NCBI GenBank assembly: GCA_020536535.1
Contig: JAHLWZ010000150.1
Coordinates: forward strand, 1-64,000
Direction: 5' to 3'
DNA length: 64,000 nucleotides
DNA from: Pelomyxa schiedti
Lineage: Eukaryota; Protista; Evosea
Shown here: positions 37,019 to 49,792 of the stretch, in pieces
Layout of the letters: each line of letters begins with the position of its first letter
Numbering within the stretch: the stretch's first letter is position 1
Notes under the pieces: model-generated
Seen by the model: the letters and a program-made list of their open reading frames with translations, nothing else
Databases searched by the model: none
Told to the model about the DNA's origin: nothing
Position numbers and translations under genes: made by a program

Positions 37019-37094
37019 AATGGCAAATCCTTTTTTTTTGTTTTTTAAAAAAGAAACACCACTTGTACAATGCCCAATTCTCTTTACTTGGGTA

Positions 37095-40000
37095 TCAAGG
37101 CCTGTGTTGGGCCACACAATCCAACAACGAGGCAACCAAGGCAGTCCACCCAGTCTGATGCGATGCACCAGCACCACGCCCTGTGTCACCACAGAAGTAC
37201 TCATAGAACACCACACAATCCTGGCCATCACAAGTCCACAAGGAAGTGTTGTTGGTGCTGCTTGTGTGTGCTGTCGGGGAGCTCGACGTGGATGGCGTTG
37301 CACTCACGGAAAAAGGCCTAACTGGGTGGCAGGTGCAGGTTCCCTTTGTTGGGCATGAACAGGGAGGAAGGAGCATAATGCTGGTAAGCCTCCGGCATAT
37401 GTCCAGGCTGATTTCCTGCGATTTGAGGTATTTAGTTCTCGTATCTACGGGGTTTTTGTGTTTGGTGGAAGATGTAAAACTCAACCTCGAGAGTGACTTT
37501 TGGGCCATGTGGATAGGGGTGACTGTGTAAGAAAGAGGACTGGTAGAATCGCCCGTATAGTTGCAGTGCTTCCACTATAAGTACATTTACGGGGAACCAA
37601 ACAGGGCCACGCCAATTTGAGTTGCCTCCAAACATGTCCGAATCGGATTCCGCTGTAATGAACGTGGATTTAAATTTGAGTACATTACCTCGGGAAGAGA
37701 TAAACCTGGGGTGTAGGAGACAACATGTGGGGTTCCTATCGGGCATATGGGACACTGGATATTAACTTGTGATTTGGAGAGGGAGCGAAGTCCATAGGGA
37801 CTTAGAAACTCATCTTCTGCGGACATGAATCTGGATGGAATTACTATTTCATCCTAATTTGAAATAGAAGACTTACTGCAAAAGACTGGAAAGTCTATGT
37901 AAAGGAACCAAGGCAAGTAGTAAATCACAAGTACCACTAGTGGAACATTTGCGCGCCACATGCTTGTATTTTCTCAGTTGAAGGAATTGTTCAATGATAT
38001 ACTGACCTGTGCCAGGTTCGGCCTGTTGGCGAGGAACCAGACCATCCGTCTCGTGAAATTTGGCAGTAGGTCTTGGTCTGCTTTAGATATTATCTGATGG
38101 CATTAGCAGAAACAATATTTTGTACTTCTACTTGAACAGCGATGATTGGAAGCAGCCCCACAATGGATCGGCATTTAATTTTTTTTACCACTCCATGCAC
38201 CATAACTTGATCATAATAGAATGAATCAACAGTGTCCCATAAGCCAGAGCCTCCAATATTCTTTTACTAAAGTTGGGAAAGACCAAAAGAGTTGAAGACA
38301 ACATTGATGGCGTCTATAATGGATATAAAGTGCTCAAAAAATTTGCTAGCCATGTCCTCATATCTACAGATAGATGAGAATGAAATAGCTATTCTTTGAG
38401 GGACTCACACAATATTGTGTTGTGTTGCAAGTATAAGAGAAATACGAAGCATAATTCCACAAAAAAATCCCATCCAGGCAGTACCATCAGCTTGCTCAAG
38501 GCTTCCTCCACTTTTTTTTCAAAAAAATTTCTAAGAAATTCGTTTTATATAAGACTTGAAAGTACCCAGGAAGTGGCTTACTCCGATCAAAGAGACCCAC
38601 ATTATCCAATCCCAAAAACCCTGGAGCATTTTTAAAAAGGAATAAATTGTAATAGAATTTACCGCCAGAGAATAAGTTCCTCCCTGAAGGATCTTTTCTG
38701 TTCACCCACCATGTGAAATTGAGTAAAAGCTTGTGAAAGCATCGTTCCAAAAACGCGAAGTCAGTGCCACCAGTAGATTCCCAAACTCGCAAGCAGCTCC
38801 ATGCATGAACTGGGGGATTGACATCACTGAAATTAAACTCATATGCAGGCAGCTGACCATTTGGGTGCATGTACCTAAATGGCGTTTGTATCAAGGCTAT
38901 TGGTAGGGGATATATACCATTCCCTGGTAAAGAGTAAAAGCTGTTGTTTGGCAAAAAAAGGATCAATTTTTGACATAGGCACCATGTGAAAGGCCAGATC
39001 CCACAAGGCAAACCATCTACACAATTAGTAAAGGAGCACCATAAGGGATTGCACACGGATATTCCCATTTGTCAGGCATTGAGATAATATCGTTCATAAA
39101 GCAGTGCTGTGTGCTAATATTAGAATTTTCCCAGAAATTAAGAATGAAAAGCACCTGCCAGTCAGAATTTCTGATGGCGTACCGTTGTGGGGGAGGAGGG
39201 GGATATGCTGGATCTCCTGTAAGCCACTCTATAGGAAAAGTAAGTGCAGAAAGGCATTTTTCAGAAAAATACCAGGTACAGAGTAATGATAAAATTGCTT
39301 GGACCATAAAAGACCAGCACAAGCCTTTCGGTATATCATTTTCTCATCAGTAGTGAGATTGCTTGGTATAATGGATGCATAGAAGTCATCAGCTTCTTGC
39401 TTTCTTTTCTCAAATATGAGAATGGCTTCTTCTTCTGTAATTGGGACTGCCCCTGATGCTGCCTCTCGCAATTGGAGAAAAACAACACCAGATTCTTGTG
39501 GAGGGATAGAGGGAAATTTGAACCACGCACTGCACTTGGTTCCAATTCCTCGTTCATTGCAAGCTTTGCTCTCATTTGCGATAACTCGTCGGTTAATGCC
39601 ATCTTTGGTGAAACCACACTTGTTTGGTACTCCATACAAAGTATGCATATTTGTCTCATTCCCAGTGAACAGAAGCTCTGGTTGCACTAAGGAGGCACTG
39701 GAAAGTGTGGGAAACCAATGAAACTTTCCAAGGGTCTCATGTTGGGCGACTATATAGCTCCCACTGGTTGTGGAAACAGCAGTGAGAAGTGGCCTGTTTG
39801 TGCAACCCTCGTGCTTGCAATCCCTGAAAATTGATCAGTGAAAAGAAAAAGAAACAAGAGTTGCCACAGGTAAAACACTTAATCAAGGCACAAATACCAT
39901 CAATTTAGCAGGACAAATAACAAACCATGACCATGTGTTGCGGAACCACAGGGTAGGTAAAATGTCAAGTGAAGCTGATTGTGTGTTACTCATATTTTTT

Positions 40001-40758
40001 GCAGTAATTTTCATGAGCAAATCATTGTCTGACACCTTGGCATACTCGACAACAACATCAAAATATGAATTGTCAACAAAAGCACTTGTGTCAGTGATTT
40101 CATATTCAGGTTCCTTCCGTGTTCTAGATTTGTTTGCTGCTACAAGTGTTGCATATGGGAATGCACTATGAGGATATTTGTAAGAAGCTTTGAGGTAAGA
40201 TGATGTAGGGGTGGCATCAATATGGAAATAAAGCTCCTACAAAAGAGAGGAAGAATCAGAACATGTGAAGCCAAAAATAGTAACCTTGACATCTTCTCCA
40301 TGATTTCCCTGAGAATTTGTAAGTCCAAATAGGCGCTCTTTAAGAATGTGATCGTGGTGGTTCCACAGGGCCACAGAAAAGCACAGCCTACATTTTCTAT
40401 CACAAATTCCCAGCAATCCGTCCTCTCCCCAGCGATAAGCCCGGCTAATGCAAGCCCGTTAATACAACGCCACTCCTTCCTGATTGCATACCACACAGCC
40501 TGCTCAAAAGGAAAATACTTCCACACATCTCCATCATGGGACTATCCAAACCAAGCATTAATCCCAATTTCCACCACCCATAAGTAAAAAAAAAAAAAAA
40601 AAAAAAAAGCCAAAAAACCAAAAAAAACCTACGTAGTCTTCTCTTACAGTTCCCCATTGCCTGTCAGATAAATATGGTCCCCACCTCTTCCAGTCATTTC
40701 CCCCTGGTGTTCTAGCACTCTCAGTCCTCAGTCTCTCCCACTCAGCGTTGCTGCTCAT
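37095..40758 (-). CDS. Glycoside hydrolase family 63 (MGH1-like / YMR196W-like glucosidase)
   Basis: [94 protein letters not shown]. Confidence 0.92.
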
Positions 40759-40905
40759 CTCACGAACGTCACACCGTGTGGCAGGAGTAAAATACCGGCT
40801 CTGCTGCCAAAACTTCCAACAACCACAGAAAACCCAAAACCAAAACGAAAACCAACAACAAACAAAAAAAAAAAAAAAAAGCAGAGGGGGGTGGTGCGGT
40901 ACTGC

Positions 40906-41138
40906 ATGTCGTACGACACGCGAAGTAAGCGACGAGCGACGCAGAGGAGACAAGCACCGTTGAGCTTTCCTGCCACTCCTTCGGCGCCCGCGGGCGACCG
41001 GTCGGCTCACGCTCCGCCTTCGTCGTCCCCGCTTAATGTGAGTGGTTCTGGCACGGCGGAAACAAGTGCGAGCACGGCGCCAAGGCAGACTGTGTTGGAG
41101 CAAATGATGGTGCTACTGTCTGCCAGTTCTTCTGCCCC

Positions 41139-41169
<31 letters not shown>

Positions 41170-43912
41170 ATCATCGACGCACAGGAACAACAACAACAAC
41201 CGTGCGGCGAGGCTAAGCCATCCCCACAGCCGGCCTTGGTACAGTTGCGAATTGGTGCTCAAGGCCAGATACAAAAAGACATACCTCCTCCAACATCCGA
41301 GCAAGTTGCACACAAGGAAGGTGAAGTGAAAATCCCACCAACCTCATGTGAAGGGGGTGACAAGAATGTGACTTCTCCTCCACCATCAACAATCCACAGT
41401 AACGCACAAATACCTACTGAATCAACAACTGCCAAAGAAAAAGACCCGGTTGCAGAGTATGTACCAATCTCTTTACTTGAATATGTCACAGAATGCGTAA
41501 GGTCCTCACAAAAAGAAGCTACTGAGACATCTCAAAATGAAAGTCAGAGCAGAAAAAGAGGAAGGAGTGAGGAAAAGGGACCTAAAAGCAAAAAGAAGGG
41601 TTCCCATAAATCTCAGGGACAAGCCAAAAAAAAGTCTTCACCAAGAAAATCCACATCAAAAAAAACTGCCACAAAGAAGACCAGGAAAAAATCAGATAGT
41701 GATAGTGATTTTTCTAATACTTCCTGTGTGAGTAGTGCAAGTTCTAACGAAAGTTCGGAGTACGCAGAGGATGCCTCTGAATCTAGTCCCCCTCAAGGTG
41801 ACAATCTTCTTTGCATTAGTATTCTAATCTCCCCTAAGCAAAGAAGTCCAGGAAGGAAAGAAAGATTGGTTAGAGTTCTCCTAATCTTCTTCCATGGTCT
41901 TACAAATGAGTAGACAAGAAACGAAAACCAGCATTCCACAAAGGGAGTCATTTTTCCCCTTACCCAAGGACTAAGTACAACCCTTTTTAATAGCTTGGAG
42001 CTCATTCACTCATTTCCATAAGGATTCCAAATGAACCTTTGGCACTGGCATTTCCCTTGTGGACACCAAAGTTTTCTTCAGTGACCGAGTACATTCCATT
42101 TTCCAAAGAAAACTTGTATCAACACAACATTCCAAAGGGACCCTCTGTCTTATTTTCCGCAAGCACTCCAAAATTCCTTCAAATTCTGCCCTCGGGAGGC
42201 GAGAGTAGTGATTGACCCATTTCACTCGTCAAAACAGAGCTGCTCCGTTACGAAAACTCATACACACCACTTTTTAAATGCCTGTGGGCCTGTTTGGGCA
42301 ATGAGTTGGTGCCCTTTTACACACAAAGCTGGTTTCTACCCTTTCTTTTTATTAGATAAACTAATGAGAAATCTAAGTTTGTACACTTTGCTGATTATTT
42401 GTCACATCAAGAAATGCAGTATTTGGCGATTTCAACCCATAAAACAAGGCAAACTCAACATTCTGTTTCGAAGACATACACAGGCAAAGGTATCATACAG
42501 CTCTGGCAGATTCCTGTTACTGGATCTGAGTATGTCCTTCTCTTTGTGGATGGGCTTGGCCCGTTTGTTTACTTAAAATCAAGGGATGCCAAGTTTGTTT
42601 TCGGAATCGCACATAATGCAGATACGGTTTGGGATCTCCACTGGTTACCGACAGGAGGATATATGGAGGCATCGAAAAATGCTCCACCTGAGAACATGGG
42701 AAGGCTTGGCGTTATCGCAGCGGCACTTAGTGATGGTTCAATCAATGTATACTGTGTCCCACCCCCAGAGAGTTTACCAGCCTTCGACGGTACTTTTTCA
42801 AATATAATTAAAAGTCTCATGTTCACATAAGAATCCCTACCTTTGGATAAACGCGTAATAATGCTTGAACCTTCGTGGACAACACGACTCCAAGATCAGG
42901 CTTATATTGTTTCCTTGCGTTGGAGCCCCTTTTCTCAGTTTTATCCTCTTCTTTTGGCTGGTGGCTCTGATGGTACGTTCTATCCAGCCACTTAAAATGA
43001 TCATGCTCTAATTTACTGCAAAGGAAACGTGTATGTATGGAACACTGCCGAGCCTTGTGCATGTGGCCCCATATTTCAGTGTGCCTGCTCGTCTCATGGA
43101 GTTCAGGGAGTGTGCTGGTCACCGTTGGACCCACTGATTTTTGCCGCCTGGGGAAAGTCATCCCCTGTTGTGCTGAGCATATTCAACACTCAAAAGCCAC
43201 AGGCACCGCTCCTGTCCCTGCAACTACCCAGCACAGGTTTGTGGTAGAACTTCAACAATAACTAACCCACTCTAAGGATGGGGTGCACACATTGAATGGT
43301 CGGAGTTACCTCAACCAGCTGTGGTGGGTGCATCTGATAATGGGTCCATAATTTACAACAGCTCGTTCATCAGCCACAAAAACTTAATGTCACATGCTGT
43401 TCACTTTTTCAAGTCGGGGGCTCACTATCTGGCCTATAATCACCGTTTGCATCTAATGGCTACCTGCACAGAAGATGGGATAATTGCACTGGTGCCAAAT
43501 TATAAACGGGTTCGTTTCTTGGAGGAGTTTCAACTTACGTGACCAAACATAGCCAAAATCCGACTCAGCCGTCCACCCTGAAGGAGCCGCGCTTATTTTG
43601 GGAACTCTGGAGCAAGAAACTGTTCCGCCTACCTCTTCTTCTCCCTGTGTTTGTGATGCACCCGACTCTGTTGCCAAAGAGAGATGTTTTGTATTTTCTC
43701 ATACTAACCGGGAGCTGGTTCCAACACCAGAAGAGTCATGGGTTACAGACAAAATGACACCACTCTACAGGTTCTTTCTTCCCTTTTGCTTCCACCACCT
43801 AAGAAGCAAATATAGGGTATGCTGGAACCCAAACGAAATTGCTTCCAACATGATAGCTTGTGGTGGGTTCTGTGGCCTTGTTTTTGTGTTCCCTGTTGCT
43901 GAACAACCCTGA
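40906..43912 (+). CDS. GTF3C2: TFIIIC WD40 subunit (GTF3C2/Tfc6-like)
   Basis: Low-complexity N-terminus, then [55 protein letters not shown]. Confidence 0.75.
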
Positions 43913-44107
43913 ATAAAAACTATTCAGTTTTTTCCACTTTTTCCGAAGTTTTTCACACTTCCCCAACATCCCCGGAATGCGCTCTCAACTTCATCAACTC
44001 CCGCTTCGGGACAAATCTCGAGGAAACTTCCCAGACGGCTGGCTTTTTATCCAAAAGCCACTTGGTAGAAAAACACACAAAAAAAACCCAGCACCTCCCT
44101 GACAGCC

Positions 44108-45311
44108 ATGGCTACAAGATGTTACAGCCCGGAGATGGACGTTAGAGACCTTCAAGCTGCCCTTGCGAGTATTTCCCTTCCCCCATAAGTTGATACCTTG
44201 GATCACCCTGGAACTAGAGGACAAGCAGGATGCACTTGTTGATTTCTTTGGAGGACGCCCGAGAGACCACATAATCAGAGCCGGGATGATGCTTGAGGGG
44301 CAGTCCCTTGGGGGCCTTGAAATGGCTGCAATGGGCCAAGAACAGCACTTCCGAGACATGATGGTATCACTCGGTATATTATCTTGCCTGTTTCATCATC
44401 GTCGTTTACTAAGTTGAACCTCAGCAAAGACATGGAGAAAAGATATTGCAAAGCAAGTTCATGATGCCATCTCAGGCGTTGGCACTGATGACAAGGCATT
44501 GATCGATATCTTTTCCAGTTCATCGATGGGGGATGTGGGTCTGTCTACTCATGTGAGTTGGCTACTCACTGTGAGGTCTTTTCAACTAACTATGTGCGTG
44601 TTTCCAGTCCTACGAGGAGAAGTATCACACCACCATGGAGGGAGATGTTGCTAAAGATACCAGTGGGGACTACAAAAAGACTTTGCTGGCAATAATCAGA
44701 GTCAGAGGATTCACAGTTCCCCATTTTAGATTTCTTACATTTGGGTTTCCAAACTAGGGCACCACTGGCAACACTGCGCTCGCGGCATCCCTGCGAGCTG
44801 CGAGAACAGTTGAAGAGCACGCACTGGCACTTCACGCATCAGGCGAAGGCCGAATCGGCACCAATGAGGATGTCTTCATCGAACTGCTGACCACCTACTA
44901 TCAGAATTCCCCAGAGCACATACAAGGAATCTGTGCCCATTATCAGAAGACATACGGCCACTCTCTCCAGACTGCAATTGAAAGAGAGACCAGTGGGAAG
45001 TTCAGAGATCTGTTGATTGCCCTGTCGCTCCCCAGGGATGTTTACGTGGCTCGTCGCGTGCACGACGCCATTCAGAGTAAGTCACTTCACTCCATTGTGC
45101 TTACGCCTCTGACAAGATTCCACAACAAAACACAATAGACTCAGACAAGGCACTCATCAAGCGATTGTGTACCCTCAACCCTCGCGACACTTTGGTATCA
45201 GCAGGGCAATTATACGCTACGGAACACGGTGACCTTACAGCGGCATTAACCACGGCCTTTGGCAGTTCCAGTTTCGGCAAGCTCCTGTGCCGTCTCTTCC
45301 AGCCCCTCTGA
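44108..45311 (+). CDS. Annexin
   Basis: AISGVGTDDKALIDI, DTSGDYKKTLL, IGTNEDVFIELL, ETSGKFRDLLIAL. Confidence 0.9.
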
Positions 45312-45528
45312 ATAAACAACTAAACAAAAAAAACCAAAACCCCAAATTGTTCGAAAATTCCGCATGCCATCTTAGTTTGAGAGACACTCCTCAACGGTCA
45401 ACCAACACCCTCGGCTTTGATCACGAGGGCCACCCTACCATGGGTCGGTGTCATCCCTCAGACAATGATTTCGCATCACAGTGAAGTTTTTCTGCTAAAC
45501 CCGGCTGTGAGAATTTTGTGTGCTGTTC

Positions 45529-46945
45529 ATGTATCGAGTGGACAGTGACTCTGACGACGACGACGAGGAGCCGCCGCCGTCTCCTACGTTCGACGTAGTT
45601 GGCGGCTACTACGACGCGGTGCTGATGGCCGGACGACAACAAGCTGCCGGTTCGTCGTCGGCTGCGCAACTTGCGCCCGAGACCGAGAACAACCCAGGCT
45701 CGGCGCCCTCCGTGGCAATGTCGATTATGGGAGTAACAAACATCACCCACAAGGCATCTTCATCAACACACGACCCCCACACAACAACAACAAAACAAAA
45801 AACACAATTACAACAGCCCCCACATCAAAACGCCAAGAAGAAAGGCACAACAGCAAACGATATCAAGAAAATGAAAAAGAGAGACAAGGCCAGGAGAAGA
45901 ACCAAGCTGAGGGACTTCAACTCGTCGTTTTGTGATTTGCCAAATGTGGTGGAATTCGCGGAAGACCAGGACGGCGGAAATAGCAGCAGTCCAAGTAGCA
46001 TCCGTGACTACAGTGGCTCGGAAGTTCCTGCAAAAGTCTACGAGCATGTGGTCATGGTGCCCCCTGTGGCTGGAGAAGCGTGAGTTTTTTTTGCTTGCTT
46101 TTACCGATAAGTTTTTTGTTATGTTAGGCGTAGGATATCGGCATATTCTCACGGAGTTTGTTATTATTGTAAGAGAATTAATATAATATACATTAATATT
46201 AAACGTCGCCTGTGTATACCGTTTATCACCTGATATCCTAATACTAGTTTTTGTTTTTGGTACTTTATAATAGCACTCCCCTGCTGGCTGAACCTAATTG
46301 TTTGCAGTTGTGCCTTCCTCCATTTTGCCTGTGGTATGCCTTCAAAATCAAATTGCCTCCCCCACATAAAATTTTTTTCATCAGCACCCGAGGTATTCCA
46401 CTGACGACCAAGAGTTCTCAGTTGGATGGTTCTCCTGGGGAAGAATTCTTGCTACGTGGATCAAATTACTACTCGTAATCACAATGGGAACATGGATTCT
46501 ACTCAACCTTGATTACTTCTCCATGGGAGAAGGGGAATGTATCGCAGTTCGCAAAACCTTTGCCGGCTCAATTATTGTCTTATTTATATCTGTCCTGGGT
46601 GATGCTGCCCGCCTAGGAATTCACTCATACCGCGTTTACAAAAGAAACAATGTATTTAGTAGCTTCCCAAAAATGTTTTTCCTTAACCCACATCAAACCT
46701 GTTAGGTTCCCTCATTTGCGCTGTGGCTCTGGGATATTTTGCAAGCCGCCATTGACTCCCTCCTATTCTTCATTCTTGCCATCCTGGCCACTCTCACACC
46801 ACTATTATCTGGAAATTGTGTCGAGGATGAGATCCTTACAGCAGTTCCATGCCTTGCATTTGGAGCCACTATGTGCCTAATCACAATTCTACACGCTCTG
46901 TGGTGGGTAGTTCTTGCAATCCTCACGATGCGGTCAAGGCAGTAG
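45529..46945 (+). CDS. Hypothetical multi-pass membrane protein
   Basis: Polar N-terminal ORF, then exons with about four hydrophobic helices ending AILTMRSRQ stop. Confidence 0.55.
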
Positions 46946-47057
46946 TAACACCAAAACTTTTCATTGGGTGCTGATCAACAACCCAAAGAGATTGTATTTT
47001 TGGCTTAGTAATACCAAAATTGCTTTCTTGAGATAACAAACAGCGTTGTTGGCCGCG

Positions 47058-48397
47058 ATGTCGGGACAGGGGGGTAGAAGTAAAATAGGATTGAAAGTGT
47101 TGAGTTTGCATGGTGACACAATGGAGTTTGTTTTGGAAAATGCGGAACCGGAGGTTGCAAATGCCCTTAGAAGGTGTCAAATGCACTTGTGCCAGTAAAT
47201 GTCCGCGGTGATGAGGGTAATAACGGCATCACTTGTAATAGGGTTATACTTGCTGAGGTGCCCACAATGGCCATTGATCTGGTCTCTGTGGTAGAGAATA
47301 CATCGGTATTGCCAAGTGAGTTCATTGCACACAGGCTTGGGTTGATACCTCTGGTCTGCAAGAACGTTGACAAGTTCCTGTATACAAAGGTTCAAGATAT
47401 TACGAAAATGATGTGTTAGTTAACCAACTGTGATAAGGATTGTGATTGTATGGAATACTGCCCAAAGTGCTCGGTGACGTTCACTCTCGACGTGGAATGT
47501 CAGGCTGATATCCCTTACAAAGTGACATCAAACGATCTTCACTCCGAAGCAGGGAATGAGGACGTTTTTCCTGTGCACGGGTTAGGCTTGGACATTGTTA
47601 CCGTTTATTCCTGAATGTGAGATAATAGGGGTACCGACGGATCTGAAGGAATCCTCATTGTGAAGTTGAAGAAAGGTCAGCGCATGTCATTACGGTAAAT
47701 GAGCTCAGCGCGAGATCTCTGTCTATGTCTAATAGGAATTCAGTGCAACTGCAAAAAAGGGTACGGGAATGGAACACGCGAAATGGTCGCCAGTCAGCTG
47801 TGTGACTTACCACTATGCACCCAAAGTGGTCCTTGACCAATCAATCCTCAGTGAGATGACAGCGGACCAAAAAGAGGCCTTGTAAGTAAACAGAGAACTG
47901 AACATATCTTACTCTTACAGAATTCTGAAAGTTTTATTAATTTGTTGGCGATGGATACAGACCTAATTCTACACAAAACAACAGAGTTGACTGCTGTCCC
48001 ACCAAAGTTTTTGAACTGAAGGAAGGAATTGTCACTGTGACAAATGAAAGTCACTGTATGTTCTGTGATGAGTGTGTGCACTGCTGCACTCGAATCAATA
48101 AAGAAGGTGCCGTAAAGATTTCTTTGAGGCCTGAGAGGTGTCTCTTCACTGTTGAGGTAACAAGTTCATTCGTTTTTAAATATATTTTATTTATTTAGTA
48201 AATACCAATATATTGCCACCAGCAAAATTGTAAATATACCTCTCAAGCAATGGTAGCCATAATAATAAAAAAAACAGACAACTGGGGTGATGGAACCTGA
48301 AGAAATCGTGTTGTCAGCATTGAACGTGATCAAGGAGAAGCTGCTGGTTGTCAAGCAATCACTAAATGACGCCTCTGATTCTTTGGGCTGCACCTAA
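47058..48397 (+). CDS. RPB3: RNA polymerase II subunit RPB3, paralog 1
   Basis: ANALRR|[26 protein letters not shown], Zn loop [43 protein letters not shown]; six introns. Confidence 0.92.
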
Positions 48398-48665
48398 GCA
48401 CATCGTCTTCTATTTCAGTTTGTGAGACAAAGCAGAGGTCATCCACAATGTTTCCTTTTATGTTTAAACACCAACTCCGTTGTGTCATTCAAAGCCGTGC
48501 TGGTTGTCGTATACCAGAGCAAATCCACAAAGAGACGGAAAAAACAAAACAGTGGAATAAGATACAGAAAGTTGTAGGTAGATACCAGACAAGGAACAAC
48601 ACACAATTGTACAATATTCATTTTCTTGGTATGTATGTTACTGCGGTAGATAGAGCTGCACAACA

Positions 48666-49691
48666 CTACAGCTTTGGATAGGGTGGGAGAGACGTGAGGA
48701 CGTCATCAAAAGATACATCATTGTTGAAAACAACGGTGCTGGGGGAGGCAGGAGGGGAGGTTGTGTATGGTGGTACCATGCCCCACATAGGAATGACAAC
48801 TTGTTCATATGCATTGTACACTGCGGTAGCAACAGAGTGCAGGGCAGAAGTGTTTTTTGTTTTCAGTGAATTCCGCACTGCTGCTGGAATTTCAAGTTGG
48901 ACTGCGGGGATGCCTAAAGATACACTTTGGTGACTGAAAGTGGCCACATTAGCACCAGGACCCCAGTAGCCGTGCATCGATGGATTGGGATCAACTGTAC
49001 AATGAAAGTGATGAGGCTCTGTGCTGTCAAATGCGTTTGGAGCTACTACTATGTCAACTGTAGACAAAGCTCGTTCTATTCCAGTGCACAATGAAGATTT
49101 GAGGGCCTGTGTAAAGGCAGTTTGAGGTTTCCACAGAACTTCCATTGGAGCCATCCCCACATCAATGCAACAAGAATTTGATCGGTCGGCTTTGCCATGA
49201 ACGTCCTGAGAATGTCATGAATGGAGATTAAAGGGACGACAGAAAAGCAATTGGCAGACCACAAGTAAGCAAGGAATCCGTGAAGCTACCCAACGTTCCT
49301 TGAATTCCTCCAAGGCCATATGCCAGGGTGACATTCCAAACTGCTCAGTGGATAAGAAGTTGGGGTCAAGGTCATTCTCCAACGGGGCCTTTGGCTGTGG
49401 GTTCCAAATCATGAAAGAACCTCCCGAGGCCAATGCCGGGTTGTTTCTGGACTGTGCTATCTGCGCAATTGCACCAGCCAGCGAAACGCAAATAGACGCG
49501 GTGTAGAATTCAGCAGCGTGAACATCGCGAGCAGGCGATGCAGGAAAACCACGGTACAAGTTTCGCGAGTGAGGCGCCGAGAAAACGATGGGTCCGCGCA
49601 TGCAAAAAAGATAACGCGAGGACCACGTAAATGGCCTCTCCGTGTTGGCACTAGCACCACCGTTTCTCGTAGATCCCGTAGCTCCCCTCAT
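48666..49691 (-). CDS. Zn-dependent amidohydrolase of N-formylglutamate amidohydrolase-like fold
   Basis: IVFSAPHS...EFYT, DVHG, DVG, GIPAVQLEI: the typical PH / E / HG / QxEI metal-binding pattern. Confidence 0.55.
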
Positions 49692-49792
49692 CTCACTTCT
49701 TTGTATGATGAAATGAAGAAAGGCGGCTGTTATTTGACAAGCGAAACTATCAGATTCTGTTCTTTTTTTCCTTGTTTCAGTGGGTGACACGA

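Noticed and set aside
45395-45495. Intergenic hairpins including ggcttt-GATCACG-agggcc, resembling U1 snRNA stem-loop I
   Set aside because: No ACTTACCTG 5' end, no U1A loop and no convincing Sm site; an Infernal/Rfam search would settle it.
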